Source: Azolla caroliniana (taxonomy: Eukaryota; Plantae; Polypodiophyta). Taken from it: 64,000 nt of DNA. Made by a program: the position numbers and the translations under genes. The DNA lies in assembly GCA_043228905.1 (NCBI GenBank), contig JBHGNT010000003.1, positions 2,852,001-2,916,000 of the forward strand. The letters are read 5' to 3'. Positions 1 to 11,251 of the stretch are shown here, piece by piece (position 1 is the first letter of the stretch; the number at the start of each line of letters is the position of its first letter). Under the pieces are notes generated by a model. The model was not told the DNA's origin and ran no database searches. It was given only the letters and a program-made list of their open reading frames with translations.

Positions 1-284
1 AACTTAGTAAACTAACATTTAGTTTTTAATAATACCCAAGCAAAAGATTGAGCAACTATCAACATGATTGAAGGCTCCACACACAACTCTCACGACATAA
101 TTGATTTGACATGATACACTAACACGATTGTTGAGTCCATAGACAACCTTCAACGATTACATGTCTGCATTATTATCCTTGGCAATATGCACATTATAGC
201 TCATATTAGCAACTTGCATATGCAGATATGTAGTTTTCAATTGTCCACTTTAAGTGTATTACTTGGATTTCAATGGCTTGTTCT

Positions 285-585
285 TTACACCCCAAAAGTT
301 TTTCTTTTTTCTTTTCTCTTTTTTATCAATATCCTTAATCAACTAACCCTCCTTTTCTTCAAAGTTGACACCCAAAAAAAAGTTTCTTTTCTTTTCTTGT
401 TTTTATCAAATATCCTTAGTCAACACCTCCTTTTTCTTCACACCCCAAAAGTTTTTCTTTTGTTTTCTCTTTTTTATTAATATCCTTAGTGAACCACTCC
501 TTTTTCTTGAAGTTTTTCTTTTCTTTTCTCCTTTTTATTAATATCCTTAGACAACTACCCCTCATCGTTAGTCAACTACCCTTTT
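285..585. repeat. ~60-75 bp pyrimidine-rich tandem repeat, about 4 copies
   Basis: Unit cccaaaagtttttcttttc..ttatcaatatccttagtcaac; single unit in the paralogous promoter at 12890-12960. Confidence 0.75.
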
Positions 586-1033
586 TCGCTTTCTCCTTTA
601 CGTTACATGATCCCCGAGGTTACATGTCCCACATCTTGTGTACCGACCTACATACTTCACTATATCTTTATCTATAATTGGGTAGGTAGATAGGTGAATT
701 TCATTATTGTGCCCGCAAATGTGACTTGTGTATGTGCGCGCGCGCGTGCATGGGGATTGCCCAAGGGTATTGTGGCGGAAACATAAAAAATCAAGGGATA
801 CTTCAAAGCGTTTCTCTCTTTTTAGTCATACACAGACATGGAGTTTCCTACACCTCACATGGAAACGAAGAACAAGTTTGAAGACTTCTTTTAGACTCTT
901 TAAAGCCCCTATAAAGACCAACAAATAGATCATAGATCATGAATGATCTGACATATGTAAGAACTATCTACCCCCTAAAGAAAACTCCATTCACATACAT
1001 TAGAATATTGTTTTTGAAGAAAGTATCAAGCTT

Positions 1034-2656
1034 ATGGAGCAACAACAACAACAAGAGCAAAAGAAGAAGAAGAAGAAGAAGATGATGATGATGAATAATG
1101 CTTCCCATGGGGAACAAATGGTCCATTATCTACATCCATATAACCCCATCCCTACTATCCATAACCTCCCCATCGATCGACTTTACCAACTCAACTGCAC
1201 CACAAAAAAATGGAAACACTACATGAAGAAAGAGATTGGTAAGGCTGTCAACAGATATAAGCTTCAAAAACATAAAGTGATCGGGTTTGTCCCTCGCTCG
1301 TTGTTCGACGTAAAGCCACAATCATATTGCCCGTGGATCCTGACCATGGGTCCATTGTATCAAAACCTCAAGCCTTCCCCTATAGATAGATGTAAGCCCC
1401 TTTGCGTGAAGAAATTCATGGAAAGACATGGGATATCAGATGTCGAAGAGTTCATGGAACAGCTCATCCCCGAGCCGCAGGAACTTAGAGATATCTATCT
1501 GGATCTCTCGACTTCTAACTTTGAGTCGCTGAGACTTCTGGTCACTGTTGATACCATCTTCATTCACGAATTCTTTCTGTTCTTGAGCGAGGATTGCCCT
1601 CAGTCTGAAGAGGAGAAGAAGAGTGGGTACTTGTACGCCTTCATGAACAATACAATTACGATATCCCAAATCTGGAGGGACTTGCTGCTCATAGGCAACC
1701 AGATTCCCATGTCACTTCTAATCAAAATTATAAACATCCCACAGGAATTACCTGACTTCACAGAGAATGATCTTCTACAAGTCTTGCACTATTTTGTTTG
1801 GGTACACGGTCCATTCCTCATGACCAGGTTTAAAGAATGGGAGGCTAATCAAATAGAAAGGAAGCAAGTGGAAAAAAAACTTCTTAACTGTGAGCATCTA
1901 CTTGATTGCCTATATGTTTCGTGCACACAAAAATCTTGGGAGCCTAAGAATCCAAGTAGATGCATGCAATTCCTGAACCTTCTATGGGGCTGCAAAAAGA
2001 GCAAGAAGCAATATGATCCTGAACCTTGGACGACATCTGAACCTTGGACGACATCTGAACCCTCAAAAGCTGATACCTTGTTTAATCGGAGATTGAAAAA
2101 GAGGGAGAAACATGGTGACCATCCCCCTACAGCATCTAACCTCTCTAAAGCAGGTATTCGGTTTGAGCCTTGTGAAGGTAACATATCAAGGATCAATTAT
2201 GATAGGAGGAAACATCGGCTTTATCTCCCACGTCTTATTGTGGATGATGGCACAGAGGATGTGTTGAGGAACCTCATTGCACATGAACAAATCTCCAAAG
2301 AAGGAGATAATGTTGGTGGATATGCCATGATCATGCACCTGCTCATTAAGACGCAAGAAGATATCGCAATCTTGACACAAGCCAAAGTATTAGAGAACAA
2401 CCTCGAGAATGATGAGAAGTTGGTTCAGATGTGGCGTGACATGTGCACCAATGTTGTGGACTGTAACTCTGTGGTGATAGAAGCTCTACGTGAACACTGT
2501 GCTACAACCCATTGGCATTACTTGTATGCGGAGTTTCATGAGAAGTATTTTTCTCGGCCATGGCTTTGGATTAAAGTCCTGGCTGCGATTCTCTTGCTCA
2601 CATTTACGTTATTGCAGACGATCTTTTCAATCTTAGGTTTTTACCAAAACCTCTAG
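1034..2656 (+). CDS. DUF247 (UPF0481-like) protein, sub-clade A, intact, 540 aa; true start may be a downstream Met
   Basis: DUF247-type motifs in order: KPQSYCPWILTMGPLY, DLLLIGNQIP, HLLDCLY, PTASNLSKAGIRF, LPRLIVDDGTEDVLRNLIAHEQ, YFSRPW plus a C-terminal hydrophobic helix. Intronless; poly-Q/K/M N-terminus. Confidence 0.92.
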   Translation: MEQQQQQEQKKKKKKKMMMMNNASHGEQMVHYLHPYNPIPTIHNLPIDRLYQLNCTTKKWKHYMKKEIGKAVNRYKLQKHKVIGFVPRSLFDVKPQSYCPWILTMGPLYQNLKPSPIDRCKPLCVKKFMERHGISDVEEFMEQLIPEPQELRDIYLDLSTSNFESLRLLVTVDTIFIHEFFLFLSEDCPQSEEEKKSGYLYAFMNNTITISQIWRDLLLIGNQIPMSLLIKIINIPQELPDFTENDLLQVLHYFVWVHGPFLMTRFKEWEANQIERKQVEKKLLNCEHLLDCLYVSCTQKSWEPKNPSRCMQFLNLLWGCKKSKKQYDPEPWTTSEPWTTSEPSKADTLFNRRLKKREKHGDHPPTASNLSKAGIRFEPCEGNISRINYDRRKHRLYLPRLIVDDGTEDVLRNLIAHEQISKEGDNVGGYAMIMHLLIKTQEDIAILTQAKVLENNLENDEKLVQMWRDMCTNVVDCNSVVIEALREHCATTHWHYLYAEFHEKYFSRPWLWIKVLAAILLLTFTLLQTIFSILGFYQNL

Positions 2657-3179
2657 AGTAACCCCCAGCGTAAATATAAGCAACCTCAAAATAATCGTTT
2701 GCTTTATCGAGTTGGGACTCCATTTTACTTTATTCTATTATTTATTTTAGCTTTTTCATGTTGATTTCATGATTTATAAATAAATCAGCCTTGTAATTGT
2801 GGAAGATAAAATCATCAAGTGATTTATGTATTATTGAGTAATTTGTTACATGTATCAGTAATAGATTGAAGTGCATTTATGGATGACACGCCACCGTGCT
2901 GAAACAGGGATTCCATTCATTCTCTTGCTTTAATTGCGCTAATCACTCCCTTAATTTGGATCATAAATTGCTGCTATCTACAATTATCTAATGAGCAAAC
3001 CACCATAATCCATGCCAAAGCATCTTCTGGCGTTGTTAAATTCTTAATGTTATATAGAGTTTTGGACTAGTGTTCATTCAACATTACAATTCCAGATTCA
3101 ACCCAGGAATGATTTGAGATTGCATTGATTTTGGTCACCATTGGCTCATTATTGCAAAGGTTCTACCTAAATGTATATT

Positions 3180-3600
3180 CGTAATTAGTCTAAGAAAAAT
3201 GTTCAAACTAGGAATATCCAAGACCTCAGAAAAACAGAAATGCTTAACAATACATGATGTTTTAATGTTAGTAGAATTTTAAAGTCTTATGGCCCTCAAT
3301 AATCGCAATGACTATGAGTGTTTCCCGATGGCATTTTTGGGTTTTAATTGATATTTGCAGTAATGTCACTTGGATGTAGCATTAATGAATATTGTTGTTA
3401 TTAGTGCTAATTAGAGCTCATAATACGACGACGAGTAGTAACCAATTTAAGAGCGTTTGCCCCAAACAGTACTAATTATTGTCTCAAATAAATTGGTCAG
3501 GTGTTGATTCATCCCCATCTTGTCTCAAACTATTCATATCAGTTTGACTAATAATTCTAATCAGATTTTACATATGTTGTACTTGGGCACAATACCAATT
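3180..3600 (-). pseudogene. Decayed NB-ARC remnant convergent with DUF247 1034
   Basis: GANALKLVTTRRR (RNBS-B-like), followed by sequence homologous to the GLPL-like block at 48255-48350. Confidence 0.45.
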
Positions 3601-4699
3601 ATAGTAATGAGGCAGCAACTATCAAGTATATAGATTTGACCCAAGTACCTATCTGTGTTGGTTTGAGGCCCAATGCCAAATACGCAGCAAGTTCTAATTA
3701 CTCAAGGCCTTGAGTTCAATAGTAACAAATTATCACAAATTGATTTCCAAAACCATTTCATTTCATAACCCCTGATTTATCGATCATGTAGAGAAGGATC
3801 TGGAGGGGGGTTCCTTCCTCTTCCCTTATCTCATGCTACAGCGATGATCTTCTATCCTCCCAAACATCCTCGAAACCCTAAAATCTTTCTTCCTGAGTAA
3901 TTCCTTTGTATTTATTCCTCCATGTATTTATCTTCTTCCTCCCACCTCTCCTCTTTGGTTTATGAGATCCTCATAATAATATATTTTCCACAACTTATCC
4001 CTTTTGTTTTCTTCATGGTGAAACTTTATAGTGAACTTAGCATAACACATTGAGGATAGTAAATGCTACATGCGTTCCTATCTTGCTTTCTCAATGTACA
4101 CCTTTTAAGTGGAATAAAATGGTAGACTATGGATCTCGAGGAGTATTTCTTCCTTAACCCTTATCTCATGCTACAGCCATGATCTTCTATCGTCCCAAAC
4201 ATCCTCGAACCCTAAAATCTTTCTTCCTGAGTAATTCCTTCACAAATCTTCTTCTCCTCCTCCAGTTCTGAAGGATCTGCGAGGATGAAGACAAAAGCAT
4301 TACTGGGTTATGTGGAGGAAATTGAAAGAAGAAAAGTATATGCTACCTTCTATTCATCATCGACAGAGATTCATGAGGGCTCCCATGCAGGTGAATTATG
4401 GGCAATAGTCTTAGAGGAATTTGGGAAGCGGGAGCTCTGAAGGGATGAGGCATATGAAACTGAGAAAAAGGTATAAAAAATGATAAGATAGTGACATTTT
4501 TTCGAATGAGAAAATAGGCCATCAGCTAGAGCTATGGAGTCTTAGTTGGAACTTGGGGATATTTTTCTAGTTTTCTTTTACTTTTTAAGATTCAAACCTT
4601 TTACCTTTTTATTTAAAGGAAAACTAGGCATAAAACACATATGACCATGGGACTGGTGAAATACCAATGGATGATGTGGTAGAAAGGGATAACTGATAC

Positions 4700-5010
4700 A
4701 CTACACAATACATTTGCATTTGCATTTGAAGTGGGCTTTGTGAAGAGATACCAGAATGGTTAGGAAACAATCAAAATGATATTGATATACCTAAGTGGCA
4801 CTAAGGATAAGTGCTTGTGTTTGGGTGGCAGCTATGTATTAGATATTGGATACACGATCTTTCACTATTTGGATGTTTTGATTGCAAGAAATCTAATTTA
4901 GTGTATAATTCATTTGTATTTATGGGAGTTTCCATCTATTGGAGACCCCACCTTCAAGAATAATCTTGTAGCTAGTTATGAGGCATGTAAGGAAATTATA
5001 TGGCATTCGC
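4700..5010 (+). mobile_element. Ty1/copia RT-RNase H remnant
   Basis: IKMILIYLSGTKDKCLCLGG..DIGYT..DCKKS..VASYEACKEIIW across frameshifts. Confidence 0.6.
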
Positions 5011-6116
5011 ATTATGCACGGCATTTCATAGCTACGGTCTTGAAGTTCAAAAATCTAATAGCTACGATGTTAAAAAGGGTACTCGTTCCTTCCTTTGCTC
5101 TTCGCTTTAAGAGATACTCGTGAGTCACAACCGTAAATCTTCCATAACTTATCCCCTTTGTTTCCTCTCCTGTGAATCTTTATAGTGAACTCACCATAAC
5201 ACAATAATGGTAATAATTGCTACACTGGTTCCTATTATAATTTCTAAATGTACATTGTATACGAACTGTCATTAATACTATATCTCTTAAATTTCTATTG
5301 TATGGATTGAGAAGTTGACTCATCCGCTTTTACTAGACCTTTGTGCTAGTTTGAGAAATTTTAGACTTACGGGACTCCTTCTTTTCTTTAGATCACTTGG
5401 ATACTAATATATTGACTTGGTCATATTTTAGTTTCTTCAAATATATTTCTTACACATGATATCAATCAAAGCAATATTAGGCAGAATGTATGCATTTTTA
5501 GAGTCTACTAGTCAATAACGTTTTCTCCAAATGCATATTGCATAAATGAATAATATGCAGGTCCAAGACGCAACTATCATCAATGTTTAATTGGGTAATT
5601 ATTGGTGTAATAATTATAGACAATTCACATTGTCGATTATAATGAAGCTCACTTACCACATAAAATGCTCTTCACAATTGTATAACACCTTGAGGTTGTA
5701 GCGGAATGGTATTTGCGATTTCACTTATGAATGAGCTACCAAAGAGAATAAATATTGAGCATTAAAAATACGTGACCTCACCCAATATGTAGATTATAGA
5801 AACTTGAAAGTAGCTCAAGAATTAACATTGTTGTGTTATAGATTTTTCGACTAGTGTTCCTTCAACATTACTAACTCCAGATTCATCCCAAGAATGAAAA
5901 CTGGTAGAAAAATCTATAACATGGCACAGAATTATGATTTGATATTACCTTATTAGTAATTGTTTAAACATAAAATCTATATGCCACAAATAACCATAAT
6001 CTGGGAAGATGGAAGATGAATCGAAGACTTGTGAGTCAACAATTCATGCTCTTTTCTACTCAAATTATTAATGTTGGTTTGAAACTCAGTTCTGATCAGA
6101 TCTCATTCATGTTGGG

Positions 6117-7589
6117 TGTTACGGGCATGACCATTTAATATCCCGTGGTGAGAATTTACCGTAGTATTCTATACACGTGGATAAGTGTGAGGGTTAAACG
6201 AGAGTGTAAAGAAGGGGAGGATTACTTTAATATTAGAGAACCAGGTACTAAAGTAAGCTTAAGATAAGGATAAACAAATGATAGATAGAAAGGAGAAAGA
6301 GAAAGAAGGGTGCCGATCCACTTCGTCATGCTCAACAGACACAGAAGACTTACGTGGATCGTTATCGGCTTCCCTCCTCTTTTGCCATCGGAGATCGAGT
6401 ATCGCTCTTACGTCGTCACATCAAGACTACTCGACCGTGCAACAAGTCGGATTATCGACGACTCGGTCCTTTCCGTATTACGGGTAAGGTTAATGATGTC
6501 ACATTCCGCCTTCATCTCCCTCCACAGCTTCAGATACATCCGGTTTTCCATTGTTCTCTTCTTGAACCTTATAAAGCAAACGCCATTCCCGATCGTGTTA
6601 CACCACCGCCGCCGCCGTTAGAGTTGGACGCCGGGCCGGAGTATGAAGTTGCTGCCATCATCGATTCCAAACTTATTCGCAACAAACTTTATTATTTGGT
6701 CGATTGGCTTGGTTATAGTCCGAGCGAACGCACTTGGGAACCCGTCGAGCATGTTGCCAATGCCCAGGATCTGCTTGCTGATTTCCACCGAAAGTATCCG
6801 GACAAACCCGGTCCGCAATCAGCGCCGACTCGTTCCACTCGTCGTCTTTAAGGGGGAGATAGTGTCATGATATGGCAAGACTCGAACCCATGACCTTATG
6901 GTATATGGGTCGAGCTCTTAACCCTCACACCATCTATTGTAATTCATAGGATATTATTTTCATTTATGTTTTATTATAAGAAAGTAATGTATATTCTAGA
7001 TTTCTCTAGAACATTCTAGAAGTTTCCGGATTACTCCTGACAACATTATAAAAGAAGGCACTAGGCATTATGTTGAACCAAATTGGTTCAACGCCAGTCT
7101 TAAGCCTCTCAGCCGCTTTGTACTTATCTTTTCACATAATATAGTAGCTGTTGTCATCATCTTTCTCTCTCTCTCATCCTCGCTATTTCTCTCTCTCTCT
7201 CTCCTCTTCTCGCTTCCTCTCTCAGGAATCTTACGCAGTCCCGTCCTCTTAGTACTAATAGTACTGCTCTTCTTAGTACTAATTCCATCTCTACTTTAGT
7301 ACTATTCCTGACAGGCGCGCTCGCTACAAGAGTTGACCCACGACAAGAGCAGAGTCTCGATGTAGTCAAAAAAAGATGATCAAATGAGGGTAGCTAGGCC
7401 TCTTATTTATAGCGATACCCAAGGCCCCCAGCCAAGTTCACACTTGACCTAATGGGTTGTCTCAATCCCGAGGATTAAAAGTAATCCTCCCCTTCTTTAC
7501 ACTCTCGTTTAACCCTCACACTTATCCACGTGTATAGAATACTACGGTAAATTCTCACCACGGGATATTAAATGGTCATGCCCGTAACA
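6117..7589. mobile_element. 1473-bp element with 112-bp perfect terminal inverted repeats, TG..CA ends and 5-bp TSD (TTGGG), carrying a chromovirus 3' fragment
   Basis: 6117-6228 is the reverse complement of 7478-7589. TTGGG at 6112-6116 and 7590-7594. An empty paralogous site atgttgggcataact lies at about 54736-54750. Confidence 0.9.
6354..6851 (+). mobile_element. Ty3/gypsy chromovirus integrase C-terminus with chromodomain (fragment)
   Basis: GPF motif region (RRLGPFRI..IHPVFHCSLLEPY) and chromodomain YEVAAIIDSK..YYLVDWLGYSPSERTWEP. Followed by a PPT (aagggggagatag, 6850-6862) and an LTR start TGTCATG at 6863. Confidence 0.9.
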
Positions 7590-8004
7590 TTGGGCATAAC
7601 TCTAATCACAGTTATGTATTTTGTAAAACCAATTACATAACTGTGATCGGTGTTGTGATCAGTCATTGATCGGTCCACAACAAGGGAAGCACTATCGACA
7701 TGGCCACACTAAAAAATGACTTTAATTCTCAAATCAAGAAGCATACAAGAATCGTTTAGTTTGAATCGAATTGCTTCATATGAGAAATGGCATGATTCTT
7801 TGTAGGGAATTCCACATATTCACACACACACACACACACTCTCTCTCCTTATCATAGATAGACAAATAGATACATAGAATATAGACTTTCTTATCATTTG
7901 AATGCATGATTAACTCATAGAGATGCTTAAAAATAGGGCTAGTACTACTTGATCTAATCCTACAAGAAAGTAGTCAAACTTAGTGCCCCACAGAAGAAGA
8001 AGAG

Positions 8005-8170
8005 ATGGGTACGAATACTAGATTCAACATTATAATTCCAATGGATGAACCTCACCATCAACCCCCCAATTTCACCAAAGATGAATGGAGAGACTACATG
8101 AAGGCGAAGATGAATCTGGTTGTTGATGACGCACATGTTTCGAACGAAAGTTGGAAGATTTTAAAGCCAT
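8005..8170 (+). pseudogene. DUF247 5' fragment (B-type), truncated by a retroelement fragment
   Basis: MDEPHHQPPNFTKDEWRDYM..SWKILKP parallels the N-terminus of 9860; upstream 7720-7800 matches 9660-9740. Confidence 0.8.
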
Positions 8171-8179
8171 GGTCGATCT

Positions 8180-8325
8180 CAGAGCCATGGTCGATCAATG
8201 CTACAACCGGCTCTTTTACATCTCCGACCCGTACCGGTGTCTACGTTGTCGCTCTCACCCAATGTGGCCTTGTGTAGTGACTGTTCGCATAGTCTTCGTC
8301 TTCCTCGGGCACCTCGGTTGACAAT
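8180..8325 (-). mobile_element. Ty3/gypsy aspartic protease fragment
   Basis: Minus strand reads HWVRATT*TPVRVGDVKEPVVALIDHGSEI, a retropepsin active-site-like ALIDxGSE motif. Confidence 0.6.
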
Positions 8326-9859
8326 GCTTTTACATAGTAGTGTTGACATTGGCAGTAATGTCACTTGTATGTACATAGTATCAATGAAAAGTGGTGGCAT
8401 TAAATATGACAAATAATAACCAAATTATTAGCATTTAATCCAAACTCTCTGTTATTTTCATACTCACTGTTTCCTCTTAAATAAATTGATCTGCAATCCA
8501 ACTCATCCCTTCTTGTTTTTCAAACCATTCATGTGAGTTTGAGACCTTATTCCCATCCGATTTTACATAGGTTGTACAAATGTGACCTTATTAATAGTAC
8601 AACTTTCAGCTCAATTGCAAATCTACTTGAAACACATTTGCACTTTTATCATTGAATATATATATGCAACTACTGTTGCAATTTGAATATATATGCACAT
8701 ATGTCAGAGAACTACATTAACATGTGTGTCCTTTGGACACCAATAGCTTGTTTTGGTTCGTGTTATTTCCACAAACACCTGTGGTCAATTTCTCCCTCTC
8801 CCTCTCTAAACGAAACCCCTTTAACTTCTCTATAGTGAATCTCTATAATGAGAGCATCATAATGGAGGGATGATAGTAAAACCATACATGGGCTCCTATT
8901 GTAACTTGATCATTACCAAGCCACATCTAGCTTCTTGGTATATATTTTATATGACGGCCAATGGGTGCATGAAAAATAATAAAACGACTTGGAGAACTGA
9001 ACGACTTAATAAGGAAATAATAAACCATTAGGTACATATTGGTCGGGTATCTATGACTGAGTGTTCCCTCACATTGTTTATGGGTTTTAATTGACACTTG
9101 TAATGGTATTGAGTAGTAATTAGAGCTCATAATACAACAAGTAATAGGCATTTCTCTAGCATTAAATGCAACATCGGGCAGGAAGGCGAACACCAAATTT
9201 AATGCTCCCAAAGTCTCTATTATTCTCATACTTATTTCAACTATACCATGTAAATAATTGAGTTGTGATTTCACCCAACTTACCCCAACATTTGCAATAT
9301 TGAAATCAAAGATCTAATATTGACGATTTCAAATACGCCTAGGTCAAAGGGAAGTTTGTGTTTGTGTTCTGCAAATACGTCGTGACTTTATAGTAAAATC
9401 GACTACTTACTATAAAAGTTTGTGGATATGTTGTTACCATTCAAAGACTTATAAGACATTTTGAGAGTTCAATGTAAATAATTGAGGAGTCAAATCATCC
9501 CCTTTTCGTCTCAAATTATTGATCTTAGTTTGATCTCATGTATGTTGTGTTTTGTCAATATGATCACATAATTGCCATCGATGGATGGGTGTTGATTTGG
9601 GTTTATGTGCTGTGATCGGTCCAAAGAAAGGGACGTACTAACAACTTGGGCTCAAAAGTCTTCACCTCTCAAATCAAGAAGCCAACAAGAATAGATTAAT
9701 TAGAATCGAATTGCTTCCAATGGGAAATGGCATGGTTCCACACATTCGCATTCTTATATATAGCTCTGTCTCTGTCTCTCTCTTTCTCATCATCAGAGGG
9801 CAGAATTAACTCATAGAAGAAGAAGAAGAAGAAGAAGAAGATTCAACATTCCAATTCCA

Positions 9860-11251
9860 ATGGATAAACCTCATCATCAAGCCCCCAAGTTCACCAAACA
9901 TAATAAATGGAGAGACTACATGAGGGAGAAGATCAAGGATGTTGATACACCTGTGCCCAACACAAGTTGGATGATTTTGAAGCCTCCCCAAGCATTGTTC
10001 GAGGTAAAGCCAGAGGCATACAAGCCTAAATTAGTGACCATCGGTCCATTGTATCAAAATAATAAGCCTTCCCCGATTAATGATTATAAGGCACTATGTG
10101 TGAAGCAATTCATGGAAAGACATGGGATATCAGGTGTGGAAGACCTTATGCAATATGTCATATCTGCTCAGCCACATGAGCTTAGCCATATCTACAATAT
10201 CGACTACCCCCAATATAACATTGAGTGGCTCCAACTTCTGGTCACTGTGGATACCATCTTCATTCACGAATTCTTGCTGTTTCGCAACTACTTTGACACT
10301 TTCTACTCTAACGACCATACACTCCAGGTGCAACTAGAGAGGGATTTGCTGTTGATAGGCAACCAAATTCCCATGGCAATTCTAAAGAAGATTGCTAACA
10401 ATGGAGACTTCTCATTGGCTGATTTTGAGAAAGCCCTGAGGGCTTTTATCCTCGGTAGCAATCCATTCTTCCATAGCGAAACTGCAAGGAGTAGATTTTT
10501 AAAATCTCTTGACTCAGAACCAAACCCCAAAAAAGTGGTCGATATTTGCGAGCATCTACTTGATTGCCTCTATTTTTCGTGCACTGTCGAAATGGAAGAA
10601 TGTATGAGACAATCTAATTCTGAAGAATCCACAAGAGTATCTGTTTATTCATGTTTCTCTTTTCTGAGCAAGGAACTAGAGGCTCCAAAGAAGCATTTTG
10701 TTAGCCTTCCCACAACATCCCAACTTTATAAAGCGGGCATCCGGTTCAAGGCTTGTGAAGGTAACATATCAGTGATCGAGTATGACAAGGGGAAACTTCA
10801 GCTTCATCTTCCACACCTTGTCGTGGATGACGGCACAGAGGATATGTTCAGGAACATCATTGCATACGAAATAACTTCCAAAAGAGGAGATGAATTTTCG
10901 ATGTATGCGGATATCATGGACATGCTCATCGACACAACAGAGGATCTGGCGATCTTGAAAAAGGCCAAAGTCATAGAGAACCTCATGGGGAACGACGAGA
11001 GGTTGGTCAAAATGTGGAACAACATGTGCATCAATATGATCTCTAATGACAAATCCGAAAGATGGAGAATGATCGATGATATAGCTGCCCACTATTCCTC
11101 TCGTAGGCGTCACTGGTATGCAGAGTTTTATGAAAAGTTCTTTTCTCGGCCATGGTATACAACATCATTCATTGCAGCGTTTGTACTGCTATTAGCTTCA
11201 CTATTGCAGACAGTCTATACAGTCATTGCTTATCACAAACCCAAACAGTAA
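9860..11251 (+). CDS. DUF247 protein, sub-clade B, intact, 463 aa
   Basis: YKPKLVTIGPLY, RDLLLIGNQIP, HLLDCLY, LPTTSQLYKAGIRF, VVDDGTEDMFRNIIAYE, MDMLIDT, FFSRPWY plus C-terminal TM helix. Confidence 0.93.
   Translation: MDKPHHQAPKFTKHNKWRDYMREKIKDVDTPVPNTSWMILKPPQALFEVKPEAYKPKLVTIGPLYQNNKPSPINDYKALCVKQFMERHGISGVEDLMQYVISAQPHELSHIYNIDYPQYNIEWLQLLVTVDTIFIHEFLLFRNYFDTFYSNDHTLQVQLERDLLLIGNQIPMAILKKIANNGDFSLADFEKALRAFILGSNPFFHSETARSRFLKSLDSEPNPKKVVDICEHLLDCLYFSCTVEMEECMRQSNSEESTRVSVYSCFSFLSKELEAPKKHFVSLPTTSQLYKAGIRFKACEGNISVIEYDKGKLQLHLPHLVVDDGTEDMFRNIIAYEITSKRGDEFSMYADIMDMLIDTTEDLAILKKAKVIENLMGNDERLVKMWNNMCINMISNDKSERWRMIDDIAAHYSSRRRHWYAEFYEKFFSRPWYTTSFIAAFVLLLASLLQTVYTVIAYHKPKQ

Noticed and set aside
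187-677. Hydrophobic ORFs 187-480 and 489-677 as membrane proteins
   Set aside because: They arise from a T-rich tandem repeat and are not conserved in the paralogous promoter.
1130-2380. Antisense ORFs overlapping DUF247 genes (also at 10130-11113, 38505, 40543, 51607, 56531)
   Set aside because: Shadow frames of the coding strand; their recurrence reflects paralogy.
6117-7589. DIRS or MULE classification of the TIR element
   Set aside because: DIRS elements lack TSDs and need a tyrosine recombinase; MULEs usually have 9-11 bp TSDs. The TSD here is 5 bp.
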